Positions 44,819 to 57,905 of a DNA stretch of 64,000 nt are shown here, one piece after another. Position numbers and translations under genes: made by a program. The stretch is from Podarcis filfolensis. Lineage: Eukaryota. Location of the stretch: assembly GCA_964270895.1 (NCBI GenBank), contig OZ185450.1. The stretch is one strand, 5' to 3'. Every line of letters starts with the position of its first letter. Position 1 is the first letter of the stretch. A model generated the notes under the pieces. It saw only the letters and a list, made by a program, of their open reading frames with translations. It was not told the DNA's origin and did no database searches.

Positions 44819-47800
44819 TGCATGGAGCTAAATAGTGATGAAGGGTCTGTCAGTTTTGGTTCTCTTGGTTTCTCATCCTCCCCCCCCCCCTTTTAAATTC
44901 AGTTCCCCGCATTTCTGTAGCAATTTGTTTGTGTATTTTTTTAAAAAAAGAAACATCCATGAAGATTCAACAGCATTTTAATGCACATTTCTCTAAATAA
45001 ACACATTTTTGTATGCGGTCTTCGCTAACACACACATTTTTGCAAACCATTTCCACTAATCTTATGCATTTTTGTATTTTATTTTCAGTAATATATCTTC
45101 ATTTTCATGTGCTCATCCCCTAATACATGCATTTTTTGGCTGGAGAACTGCATCATAACATTTGTACAAGTGCAAATTTTGAAGGATGGCTGTGCTTTGG
45201 TTCTCAAATTATTTGCCTTTAAATCTTTTTGTAAACTGCTTTGAGGTTTTTTGACAATCAAGCGTTGTAGACATTTTATGAAATAATTAAATAACAATAA
45301 ATGTGAACTAAACTGAGCTCCTCCCCCATTCCTCCCACATGGTGGGCAAAAGAGCATTCATCTGAACACAGCAGCATGCTGTGTCTGCACCAGGCATTTT
45401 TCACATAATCTGGTCCCGATATTCTCAGTTTCTGGATCTCTTGGCTTCTCTCTAGCTGAGATCTCTTGCTGCCACCTACACCTTGCAGAAGATACGTGAG
45501 CAAGCATTCAAATCAACTTCCCAATATGTTGATTAGAGCATGCACACACCTGGGCCCTCTTGCCTGTTCCTATTTTTGTTTTCCTTGCATCGCCTTGCAA
45601 GCCAAGTATGTGTTGAAGCCTACAGCTCTTTACTCCCAATAATGACATGAATACAACACTCCTGTGTGTTAATGCTTCACTTCTTTTAACTAACAGAATT
45701 TGCTTATGGCTATATCTTATTGTGATCCCTGCAAGACCTGCTCGCTGCTGATCTGGTCCATGCCTACCTGGCCTGAGAGGGCAGGGCCCTTGGCTGACTC
45801 CAGCTACAAGGGATGCTTCTGCAGTTCAGGATGTCTAGAGACCATCAAGGATGGGATATTGCTTAGAGGTTATTGCTTTGAGTCAGAATTTATTCTTGGA
45901 GTTGCATTTATTTCGCTATTTATCTTGACTATGTTCTTGCATTTGTATTGTTAGACTTTTATTACAGTTATCAGCGGATTGTTTAATTTTGCTGTGCATT
46001 TATTCATGTGAAGTGTTTCCCTTAATTTATTGTTTATACGACTAATTAAATTTTGCTGTGTCTTTTAACTGAAAATGTAAAACTTTTTGATGTGAGCCCC
46101 CTTGAGCAGGGCTTACTATATCTCACTTTAGCTTCATAATAACAACCCTGTGAGGTGGGCCTGGCTCAGGTAGCAGCCCGCTTCAGTTGTCACGTTAAGC
46201 TATAGTGTAAAACAAACTATGGTTTAATGTGTATGAGCAGTGTGGTGCTCAAAAGTCCCAGTGCCATTCCACCCCCACTTCTGCTGTGGCTGCACTGCAG
46301 TCAAAACAAAACAGAGCCTGGTTTGTACTGTCTGCACTTGGCCTTGTGGTTTGTTTCGGTCAAACTATGAGTGTTATCTATGGTTTGTTATCAGGCAAAG
46401 CAAACAATCAGGTTCAGGTATGTGAACCTAAGTCTGCCAAGCCAAGGACCACCTTGCTAACTACAATGTTATTATGTGGCTTTCAGCTGAGTCTGATAGA
46501 TTGGATATTATGCTGTGTATGTGCTCAACACAGCTGTCTGCATTTTTGGACTCTCTTAGGGGCTGTGACTATGAGAAACCCTATTACAACCTCTAGCACC
46601 AAGATTTACCACTCCACCATTGGCTGTACCTCAGTGGTTTCCAGTCTGTGTTCCAAGAGGCCCAGCTAGCTGCAAACCCCTCCCCGTAGATCATTTTACA
46701 GCACAGCCCTATGCATGCCTACTTTGACATACGTCCCACTGAGTGCAAAGGGTTGCATACAGCATTAGTTTCTCACCCCCTCTTTCAACTGCATTCCCCT
46801 TGCAGATCAGGGTAGAAAGATTCTCTCTCTCCCCTCCCTCTGTGTTAAATGCCCCTGATGGGCCACGTTCCTATTTAGGAGATTTAATAGCTGGGTCAAC
46901 CTGACTCAACCACCATGGGTTCCATGATCCTTGCGAGATGACATGGAGGAACTTGGTGTTTGCTCACTAATGCACCCCCTCAGCCATTTCTTTCCTTGGA
47001 ACAAAGTGGTGCAATGCAGCAAATATGCAAAGGACTCCTCCCGTGGCAGCAGGTGGATGCTTCACTTGATTTTAAGCCTGGAGGCTGAGTGGTGTGCAAT
47101 ATAAGCTGCTCGGATGAGGTGGGAGCCTGGTGCTTTAGCACAGAGCCAGCAGCTTTTGTTGTGACTTTACGTTGTGTGATGCTCTCACCCTCATACCTGC
47201 AGAAAATAATAATGAACTTGAGTGTCAGGTTGCCCAGAACTTCATTGAAAGTGTGGGCGGATTAAATTGGTACAAATCAGTGGTTGTTAGCAGCCTTCCC
47301 CAGCCTGGCAATCTCTAGAAGGTTTGGAGTACAAGTCTTATCAGCCAGCTGGGGCTGATGAGTTTGCACTTTGACAGCATCTGGAGGGCACCAAGTTGGA
47401 GAAGGCTGGTATATTGGCAACCATATAATGGTCACCTATTAGGATAACAATGGAGTCTGTTTGCACAGGAGCAGATTGTTCTTTAGAAGTTGCAGATATC
47501 ATCTTGACTCAATATGTTGTAATCCCCTAGTGAAAATTAAAAGCTATACTAATCCTGTATCAGCTGTCTGGTGTTAGCAAGTTTTCTTTTTGTATTCTTA
47601 TGTTAAGTATGTGTGTATTTGCTTTCATAAGTAAATAAGAAGGTGGCACTGAAGTTGTGTGTGTGTGTGAGAGAGAGCAACATCAGCACCGGTGATGGGC
47701 ACAATTTGCAGGGCGAGGTATCAGTATCTCTTGCTCAACTGAGAATGCCCTGCCTGCTGCAGTGTTGGCCAGGGCCAGTGGGGTGGGGCAGCAGAAGCTC

Positions 47801-48086
47801 AGAAGGAACCTCCGATCCTGACACTTGTTAAGAAACTTATCAAATGTCAAAGAATCTTAACTTGTTTTTATGCACATCTGGGCAAAATGTGACACACTCA
47901 GTTTAGAGCTGCAGGTTTAAGCAAGTGTATGAAGTGATTGGGTAAAAGACATACATTTTTCCTTAAATGAGCTTTGGTCATATGAAAGAGTTTAAAATGG
48001 TCATAAATATTCAGATGCCAGAAAATTTGGCTATGCTGGTCCACTGATAATATAAACCACTCATTCTTTATCATTTATTACTACTG

Positions 48087-48087
<1 letters not shown>

Positions 48088-48121
<34 letters not shown>
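48088..48121. repeat. (CTA)n microsatellite
   Basis: Directly visible. Confidence 0.93.
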
Positions 48122-48513
48122 TGGCTTGGGTCCTCAAAAGCAGGAATTGGCCCGGGTGTCTCAGGATCTCTGGTGGGTGCCTGCCACCTACAGCAACTAA
48201 CGCCAGGGACTTGGAATCAGAGTCCCGTTCAGCTCCAGAGTCAGCAACACCAAGAGTCCTGGGCAGCCCTCCAACCTGAGCTCAGAAGAAACCCTGCTGG
48301 ATCTGACCAAAGGCCTTACCTAGTCTAGCGTTCTGTTCCGAAACAGATGCCCATGCTGTTGTTCCCCAGCGAATGGTATCCGGAATCATACTGTCTCTGA
48401 TACTGGAAGGTCTATACAGTCATTGCTAGCCTTATCCATCATGAAAGCTCCCTTCTGTAGATCAGTGTTGACTCCCAACATAATGTGTGTGTTTTCTTCC
48501 CCTTCTTGTGCAG

Positions 48514-48595
48514 GCCCTGTTAAAAAGGAAGATCGTGGAGCTGTTGATGACCTCTGACAATAAAGATGGGCTGGCCGCTGGCTTTGTGTCAGGAG
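48514..48595 (+). CDS. GLB1L2: GLB1L2 exon 7 (ALLKRKIVELLMTSDNKDGLAAGFVSG)
   Basis: CAG acceptor 48512-48513; GTACGT donor at 48596; ELLxTSDNKDGL motif. Confidence 0.94.
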
Positions 48596-49452
48596 GTACG
48601 TGGCATTGTGGTGTGTTGGAATGGGTAGACTAGAGCACACCTGGGGTGGGGGCACAAATGGGCCAGCGTATGTTGTGTCAACTGAATCTTTAGCAGAGTC
48701 TCCATCCTCAGCCACAGTTAATAGAGCAAGTTCTGCAAATAGGGAATGGGGATCAGATCAAGCGCTCTCTCTCTCTCTTTGTGTGTGTTTGTGTGCTATT
48801 AGCAGCTGTGCAGCACTTAGCTATCAATTGCACTTGAGTAGCGGGGATGACTTCATGTGTTACTGTATTATAGGAATGGGGAACTTGGTGGGGAGAAGAG
48901 TCTCAATGGCTGGATAGGGAGGTCTGCATTTAACGCCCCCCACCCCCCCCGCATGCCTGAGGGTCCCCACTCCTGCTTTGTCTCTTTGGGGTTGGACTGT
49001 ATATTGCACATGGGGCCTGGGAATGTTTTGGATTTATAGCTCTTTGTGGGGGGCAGGAATCATGTTTTGAGAGTGATGGCCTTTTGCACTTCTTACTTCA
49101 AGGCTATATAATCCCCGCACTCCAGCTCTCTTGAATTCCACTTTGGCTCACTTTCCAGCTTCCTTCCCCAGCCCTGGACCTCTCAGATACCTCTCTGGTT
49201 TTCTCCATCTTCTTCAGCCTCCAGTTCTTAGTGTCCTGTGCCTCCTAACTTTGCTTTTTCAAACTGGCTACATACTGTGTGGTTTTTATTGTTTTACCTC
49301 TCCTGGCCATCAGTCTCCTTCACAGTTTCAGCTTCGCTGAATTTCAGAGATCTTCAGTGGGACAGTGCATGTTCCATAAACTTGAGTCTGGTTAGCTGGT
49401 GAAAATAAGCTGACACAGCCTTTCTTGCTTCCTGCTTTTGTGGGAATAGGGT

Positions 49453-49811
49453 GTAAAGGTAAAGGTAAAGGGACCACTGACCATTAGGTCCAGTCGTGGC
49501 CGACTCTGGGGTTGCGGCGCTCATCTCACTTTATTGGCCGAGGGCGCCGTCGTACAGCTTCCGGGTCATGTGGCCAGCATGACTAAGCCGCTTCTGGTGA
49601 ACTAGAGCAGTGCATGGAAACACCGTTTACCTTCCCGCCAGAGCAGTACCTATTTATCTATTTGCACTTTGACATGCTTTCGAACTGCTAGGTTGGCAGG
49701 AGCAGGGACCGAGCAACGGGAGCTCACCCTGTCGCTGGGATTCGAACCGCCGACCTTCTGATCGGCAAGTCCTAGGCTCTGTGGTTTAACCCACAGCACC
49801 ACCCATGTCCC
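49453..49811 (-). mobile_element. Sauria SINE, full length
   Basis: Head GGGACATGGGTGGTGCTGTGGG and (CCTTTA)n tail on the minus strand; colinear with the other two copies. Confidence 0.92.
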
Positions 49812-52800
49812 TGGGAGGGGGGTGAGGGGGGTGTATCCCAACGGTGTGGCCTAGACATTTGTATAGCTGAGCTCACATTATATGAAGGAACGTGACAGGT
49901 TTTTATGGAGTTCTTAAGTTTTGTTTTTGTCAAAGACAGGGTCTAGTCCTTATTGTGGTAGAAGAGGCTTGCAAGCCTCAAGACCCAAGTCAGTGTAAGG
50001 CTTAAAAGGCAGAGAGAATTTGCGTACAGCTATTAGGACCCCAATTCTCAACTAGTGGAGTGTGAGCCCCATCCTGCCATCTCAATGCTATGTGCATTGC
50101 CTGTTGCCCCCAGTGGCTTCTGACCCTACATTCCCACTGCCCATCTGTATGAAAGCTGAACATATCATTTAAACTTTCTGGCTCTGTAATGTGGGCTTCC
50201 ATTTTTAAAAAAGGTAGTTATTTATTAAATGTACTTCTCTCCATTAGCATGCTCACGGCACCTAACTCAATCAGAATTGCAGAAACCACTTAACACTAAA
50301 TCAAATCAAAACGCTAAACGTCTTATGATAACGAGTCATGGCAGTCTGATAGAAGATTGAGAGCCGGCCCCTCTGTCAACAGCTGGCGGTTGCTGATGTT
50401 GAGTGGCAGGGCTGGTCCAATGGGAGGCTGTGTGTGGCCCCCTCTGAGGCTTGGCCGTATCACTGTGCCAAAGTGTGTCTCAGAGGTAGACATATTGGAG
50501 GCCTCCAGGTGTCATTGGCCTTCACCTCCAATTATCCTGAGCCATTGTATGCCTATGATTTGGACAACTTATTTCTGCTTAAAACAGGGGTGGGGAACCT
50601 GTGGCCCTTGAGACTACTGGCCAGGTTGGCTGGGGCTGATGGGAGTTTGGACTTCATCAGCATCTGGAGGGCTGCAAGTCCTCTATCCCTTACCCTTTGG
50701 GGAGGAAGCCATTTGAATCATTCAACCATATAGAATAAAGCCTAAGGTTATTTCTGCTCCCCATTCATGCCCCCTTGGAAACTGAGGATCAAGGTGGGTG
50801 GCAGTGCTGGGAGTCACTGAGTGGCTGGAGCATATTTGCATTCGCCGCCACTGTCTTGTGATTGGCCTAGAAGAATCAGATGAAGGAACAGAGACTTTTT
50901 TTTCACTGGGTGGGTGGGTGATAAACTACAGTTTCCAGAATTCTTTGGGAGGGGAGCTCCATACTTTGAATGTGTAGTGTGATACACAACCCTAGTCATG
51001 TCATTTGGGCATCCTGGTATTGGGGTTCTGGGAAGCTGGAAGGACATTTTAAGGGGAGTGAAGTGTCTAGTTTTATGAGGACACATCGGGGACAAGAAGG
51101 ATTAAATTAAATAGACTATTTTGGAACATGAATTCTTTTATTCTACTGTTACGTTTCAGATAACAAAACTATGGTGTGCATGTGTTTTTAAAGAGTGTGT
51201 AATGCTGTCTTATCCAAACACAAGCTGTATCTGCATCTCATGCTGATTCTTAGTGGTGCAACCAAAGTACTCAAAGCCTCTCAGGATTAAGTTTAATGGG
51301 CTGAAATGGCTTTTTGTATTTTAAAAATCAAAACTGTTTTCCTCGTGTACAAGCCACTTAGCTGGTTCCCCCTGCTTCCTTTTTTGTAACAACTCAGTGC
51401 ACCCTTTCATTATTAAATTGGAGCTTAAAAACCAGAAGGATTAATTAAAGTTGTGCAAGCAAATTGCAGGCTGAGAATGGAACCCCCTCCTTTCACCCCC
51501 TCACCCTTTGTTTTAAATGGGTTCTTAAAGTGAAGGCAAAATGCCACTAGGATAGCAAAAGAGGGAAGGTTGTTCATAGAGGTGGAGTTGTAATTTTTTT
51601 ACTTCCCTCTAGGAAAAAGGCTTGATCTGGTTGTTTATGGTGAGCAGGATAAAATCCTGTGGCCCCCAGCACATTACCCCCAAGGAAGCGTGGCCCTCAA
51701 CACACAAAAGGTTCTAATTAGGGCTGTCCACAGGTCCCCTGCTCTGATCTGTGGTCCAACCCAATGCTTCAGAGAGGCTCTGCTCCATGGCTGCTCCTGA
51801 TCCAGGTTCTAAACTGATTTGGAATTTTTTGGGGGGTGGGGGGAAGGAGGAGATGGAAACATGACTTTCCCTTTCTCCCTGGTGCCCCTTGACCATATAT
51901 TTAAGCAGGGTTTTAACTCCTAATTAAACATGTGGTTTGGTGGATGGAGAAGGAAACACACACAAGGGTGTCTGCGTGTTTCCTTCTCTGCACCCTCCCA
52001 TCAGAAGATTCCCCCCCCCCCCCGACAACCTCAGGTTGCTCCAGGTGGACCCGATCCAACCCAGGGCGATCTAGGGCTGCCTCGATGCAATTTGGCTAGA
52101 TCCCAGGACTCAAATTGACCTGATACAGTTTTGGGGGCACACCTCTAGTTCTAATATTTTTTTGTGGATGTGAAGATGGCAGTTTGTTTGCTGCTCATTG
52201 ATCTTTTGCAATTACTCTTTGCTTATATTTGTTAAATAATAATAACAACTTAGCAACTCTTATACAGTACAGTATTTGCCCTTTTAAAATCCAGGTACGT
52301 ACACTATGTTATTTTATGTGGAAACTGTATTAAATTTTATTTAATTGTTTAAAAATACAAGTACAGGTGGCACAGCCTGTCCCTGGGAATTGGCTAGCAT
52401 CCTGTTGCATCCCATCCAGGCCTGACACCTTCTTGTGAAATGTCAGAACTTCCCAGCCCTGTCCACATGGGGTCACTCTCTCCCTGCTAGTGGGAGATGG
52501 GGATCAGTGGTATGTGTGTGTGTAAGGGGGGAGATCAGTTCAGCTTTGCTCTGCTTCCTGCGCAAATGTGTTTACTGCCTGAGAGCGCACTCGTTTCTCT
52601 TGTTTGGAGTTGTCTCCTCCATCGGGCTCATGTGACAAGCGCGCCTTGATCCCAGCTCATGCTTCGGATGTCACAACAATCTGCTCATTAGAGTCAACAT
52701 GTCAAGTAATCAGGAGTGCGGAATAACTAGGGCTCTGAGTGATGCGGCAGAGGCAAGGTGGCTGTGAGAACACACAAAGAGCGGAGGTAATAAAAAGCAT

Positions 52801-53149
52801 GCTTGGAAGAGGAAAGAAGAGGAGGGTGACTGTCTCTGTTTGCCTGCAGGTGAAAAAAAGACCCTGGCTTTTCTGTCCTCCTGATGATTCCCATTGACGC
52901 TGTGGAATTTGCAGACCAGGTCATCATTTGACAGAGCCCTGAGTTTTTGAAACATAGTTGTCCTAAAAAAATCAGCTTTCTTAACAATCAGCATTTGCTT
53001 GTTTTTTGTTTTATTTGAAGAGCAAGCTGCTAGACCTTTGTAATTTACCTACCCAAGAATACATTTTGTATATATAGAGATATGATGCTGGTTTGTGGAT
53101 CAGACCTTTAGTTCATCTGGCCGAGTTGCTGTCTATTTCAACTGCCAGT

Positions 53150-53283
53150 GGTTTTCTCTGTTGGTAGAGCATGATGAGACTCTTAATCTCTGAGCCATGG
53201 GTTCGAGCCCCACCAAAATATTCCTGTATTGTAGGCGGTTGGGCTAGACGATCCTTGTGGTCCCCTCCAACTCTGATTCTTTT
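53150..53283 (+). mobile_element. tRNA-Lys-derived SINE with CR1-like 3' tail
   Basis: TTGGTAGAGCATG...AGACTCTTAATCTC...GGGTTCGAGCCCCAC, then TTCCTGTATTG...CCAACTCTGATTCT. Confidence 0.8.
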
Positions 53284-54889
53284 ATCACCACCATAGTGCA
53301 AAAGCCCTCTGTGAGGGGGCAGAGCAGTTCTGATCAGGGGTGTAGCTGGAGGCAGGACCTATGATGAATACTGAGGGCCAGGCAGAGAGGTCTGGAGGGC
53401 TGCCCATACCTTAGCCCAAGGTCCCCCACCCTTGCTCCATAGTCTCTGCTCAGTTCTGTTTTGCAGCCCTGTTGCATGGAATCTTTTCACTGACGATGCC
53501 AGCAATTGAACCTGGAACCTTTTTACATGCAAAACATGTGTCATTCGATGGCCTCCTCCATGTATCGCATCCCACGCATCGTGCATGACTCATTCAAGGT
53601 GCACAAAGAGAAGCCGCACACCCTTCCATGAGCCGCTGCCATTGTGCAGCCAATTTGTGGCTGTAAAGCAGATAACACTGGAATCCATTCCCACCAACTT
53701 GGATGGCTTTAAAAGAGGATTGGACTAAATCGTGGAGGATAAGGCCTATCAGTGGCTACTAGTTATGATGGCTATAGTCCGCCTCTACTGCCAGAGGCAG
53801 GAATGCTTCTGAATGCCAATTGCTGGAAACTGCAGGAGTGGAGAGTGCTGTTGAGTTCAGGTCCTGCTTGTGGGTTGCTGCTTGGCCACTGAGAACAGGA
53901 TGCTAGACTAGATGGAACACTGGCCTGATCCAGCAAGCTCTTCTCATTATGCATATGGGGCAAGGGCAGTCAAATGTGCGATGAACCCTCCCTTCTCTTT
54001 TCCTCCCCGCCCTCCCCTGTGCTTCTAGGGACTGTCACAATTTTGTGGTGGGATTCAATCACATACCAGCAAATTCAGGTTGCCCAATATTTGGTGCTCT
54101 TATGAAACAAACCAATTTCTCCACCCAAATCGAATGTTTCATGATTAGAAAAGAGATGGAGAAGTGCGGGGTTCTGCTTGCTTGATGCAAAGTCGTAAAA
54201 GCTCCCTGCAGACCTGTCTGAACGCTCAGTAAGTGGCCATCTCCACCTGGCTTCCCCACACACCGGTCAACAAACGGGTCTCCTGGAAGCAACCTGGGAG
54301 AGCTGGCCAGTTTGTTCCTGTTCCAGTTTTACGTCTGCTTCCTGTTGCTGAGGCTAGGAAGGGCCTCGCCCTTGGAGATGGGCCTCGCCACGGGATGCAA
54401 CTTCAAATGCTACTGGCGGCTTTGGTGTGCGGCCTTTTATCTCAGCATCCCTAATTGCTCTGCTAGTGCTAATTAAGCCTTGGGACATCCCCTTTTTTCT
54501 ACAACCACCACCCGGTCTGTGAAGCAGGTTGGGGGGGGGGTTTGTAATACTGCAAGTGTTTGAAGCTAGAATTGTAAGGACTTTAGTGAAAACTCAAAGC
54601 AGTTTAATAGTAATTTCCTTTCCATAAATTGAACCCTGGGAAGAGTATTGGGGCCGGGGCCGGGGAGAGGAGAGGAGGAATCTGTAAATGAGATTTGTCA
54701 GCACCTTCACCAATAAATTAATAGGATTAGGAGGGGGGCGGGGAGAGGGTAAACTGGATTAAACTGAATTTATTTGGGGGGGGGGGTTCTACACATGTAT
54801 CCTGTCATTCTTCCACCTTGGTACACAAGTCAGCCTACAGGTGGCTCTCAGGCAATCTCCCATCCAGGCACTGACCAGATCCAAACCTA

Positions 54890-55773
54890 AGAATCATAGA
54901 ATCATAGAGTTGGAAGAGACCACAAGGGCCATCGAGTCCAACCCCCTGCCAAGCAGGAAACACCATCAGAGCACTCCTGACATATGGTTGTCAAGCTTCT
55001 GCTTAAAGACCTCCAAAGAAGGAGACTCCACCACACTCCTTGGCAGCAAATTCCACTGTCGAACACCTCTTACTGTCAGGAAGTTCTTCCTAATGTTTAG
55101 GTGGAATCTTCTTTCTTGTAGTTTGGATCCATTGCTCCGTGTCCGCTTCTCTGGAGCAGCAGAAAACAACCTTTCTCCCTCCTCTATGTGACATCCTTTT
55201 ATATATTTGAACATGGCTGTCATATCACCCCTTAACCTCCTCTTCTCCAGGCTAAACATGCCCAGCTCCCTTAGCCGTTCCTCATAAGGCATCGTTTCCA
55301 GGCCTTTGACCATTTTGGTTGCCCTCCTCTGGACACGTTCCAGTTTGTCAGTGTCCTTCTTGAATTGTGGTGCCCAGAACTGGACACAGTACTCCAGGTG
55401 AGGTCTGACCAGAGCAGAATACAGTGGCACTATTACTTCCCTTGATCTAGATGCTATACTCCTATTGATGCAGCCCAGAATTGCATTGGCTTTTTTAGCT
55501 GCCGCGTCACACTGTTGGCTCATGTCAAGTTTGTGGTCAGCCAAGACTCCTAGATCCTTTTCACATGTACTGCTCTCAAGTCAGGTGTCACCCATCTTGT
55601 ATTTGTGCCTCTCATTTTTTTTGCCCAAGTGAAATACTTTACATTTCTCCCTGTTAAAATTCATCTTGTTTGTTTTTGCCCAGTTCTCTAATCTGTCAAG
55701 GTCGTTTTGAAGTGTGATCCTGTCCTCTGGGGTGTTAGCCACCCCTCCCAGTTTGGTGTCATCTGCAAATTTG
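54890..55773 (-). mobile_element. CR1 LINE, young 5'-truncated copy (RT end + ORF2 C-terminus + 3' tail)
   Basis: KFADDTKLGG at the 5' end; ORF 54966-55544 contains [17 protein letters not shown]...LERVQRR; (ATTCTATG) tail repeats; one in-frame TGA. Confidence 0.93.
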
Positions 55774-56196
55774 ACCTGCTTAGCTTCACCAGGGCTGTGG
55801 TCTCTTGTGCCATTTGATCATAAGTCCCATCTCTCAGGCAAAGCGCATTTCATTCTTGCTTAAAACTCTCCAGTGGGAAGTTCCTACAAGTATAGCATGA
55901 GGACTGGCGGCTTGTTGTGTGAAACTGGATACCGTCGATGCTTGTTATCCCCTCAGGCCCAGTGATGGTTCCTGTTCCTGGTCAAACAAGTGCATAGTGG
56001 CCAACTGATGCATGTGTGAACTGGGTGTGGTTGAAAATGAGCAGGACGCAGCCAGGGCAGAATTCCATCCCACGGTTCATGCCAACCCGAGTGTCTGTGC
56101 TAGGCTGGGAGGCATGTTTTGAATCAAAGGGGCATTTGCCGCTATTTGAACCTACCTGAAATCTCCTTATCTTCTTCTGTCTCCCTCGCTGCTTAG

Positions 56197-56261
56197 CTCT
56201 GGCCACTGTTAACTTTCAGAAGATGGACCCGGGTATCCTGTCATACCTTGACACAATGCAG
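56197..56261 (+). CDS. GLB1L2: GLB1L2 exon 8 (ALATVNFQKMDPGILSYLDTMQ)
   Basis: TAG acceptor 56195-56196; GTAAGT donor at 56262; LATxN motif; phase 1 in and phase 0 out fit the neighbours. Confidence 0.9.
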
Positions 56262-57639
56262 GTAAGTACGAAGCATCCAAAGGGTAGACATGCTGTTCTA
56301 CTGCCCTTGTATGTGGTGCTTCAGGGCTCTGAAAAAGAGTGCTGGAAAAGCAGGGAGGAAGCCTCCTTGTCTGTGAAAACCTGGCTATTGAGTATACATT
56401 GGTACCTTGTTTGTCAAATTTAATCTGTTCTGGGAGTCCATTCGACACTTACTTCCAGGTTTGCGACATTCGGAACCTGGCTGTTTGTCAGTGGTGGTTG
56501 CTGTAATAGTCGTGCACTTGGGGGAAGGATAGGACCTACTTACTGCTGACACGTCTTTGCTTGGCCTTCACCAATGTGAGTTCCAAAAGTTCTGTGTATG
56601 TGAGTTTGTGTGGTCCCCCCCCCCCCCGCATGCATGAAATGTACCTCTAAGCCAGAGTTGCCAACGTGGTGCCATCCAGGTTTTCTGGAACTACAACTCC
56701 CATCTTCCCCAGCTAGCATGGGCAGCGGTCAAGAATGATGGCCGTTTTGGTGCAGCAACCCCTGCTCTAAGCACAGGTGTGTACACACCCACCCACACCC
56801 ACTCACACCCCTCAATTCCTATCATATGCAAGGTCGCTATCAGGTTGTGCCCTGCAGACTAATGGTCCTGGTAACAGCATACACATTAGGGTGGCTCAGG
56901 CATGTGGGTCGCAAGTGTGTTCAGGCCCCTTCTGAGCAATTTGGACAGCAGAGAGAGGTTCAACCCATGTCTGTCTCTCAGCGGTGCAGGGGGAACAGTA
57001 GGAATGCAGAGCGCCAACCTCTTCATGGTAGATTGGCTTTGTCACAAAGCCACCAGCAAGGTGTGATTAAATCATTCCCCTCGCCTGAGTCGAATCTGCA
57101 GCATGAGGTCTGTGCTTGTCTATCCTTTTTAGTGCTTAACATATCTGAATGGCTGGTAATTCCTTTTCTAATATTGAGCAATCGATTAAGCAATTAAAGG
57201 GAACAAGACTTGGCAGGAGGAGGCCAGGCAATGCGGTTTCCGTTTTCTGGCAGGTGGGTCCTTCCTAGCCTAGCTTGTTTATTTTGTGGGGCGGCAGGGG
57301 GATGTTCTGGGGGCAGGGAGGAGGCAGAGCGGGCCATTACAAAGCCTGCTGCTGGCAATCTTTTCTCTTCTGCACTGGAGGCTGCAATTTAATTATTCCA
57401 GCCCCAGGTTTCTCCACTCCCATTATTCCTCCTGCTCAGCTCAGTTCATTGTCTTAGCTACAGACCATAACAGTCTTTGCCATGAGTGATACACAGCCAG
57501 AGGAAAGCCAGTACAGTGCAGGAGAATCTTGTTTATAAAATAAAACTAATAATTAAAAACAAAATTGCAAAGCACAACAAAAATACTTCATTGTAGATTG
57601 TGTTGGTTGCAAACAGCAACAACAATTATTCTGCTGGTA

Positions 57640-57905
57640 AAGGCCTGAGTAAAAAGAGAGATGTCTAAAGCACAGAGTCACAGGTGCATGTCCATTTGGC
57701 AAGGGTGCAAGAGTTCTGCAGTGTTGGTGCAGCCACAATGAAGGCCCTGTTGATGGTGGCCCACAGGCTGAACGCATGGCACCATCAGTAAGGCCTCATC
57801 AGCTCAGCACAGGGACTAGGCAGGGATCTAGTGGACAATGAGGTCTTTAAGATAACCTAGTCTTGAGTTGTTTAGGGCTTTATAAACTAAGACCTTGGCC
57901 CAGTA
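57640..57905 (-). mobile_element. Old L2 LINE fragment
   Basis: GAGTTCTGCAGTGTTGGTGCAGCCACAATGAAGGCCC and TTTAGGGCTTTATAAACTA are antisense L2 motifs (RAF.VAAP.L.N; LVYKALN). Confidence 0.55.

Noticed and set aside
46229-46669. 146-aa intronic ORF with hydrophobic stretches
   Set aside because: No family resemblance, no splice or Kozak support, and it overlaps AAACCATGGTTT-type degenerate repeat sequence.
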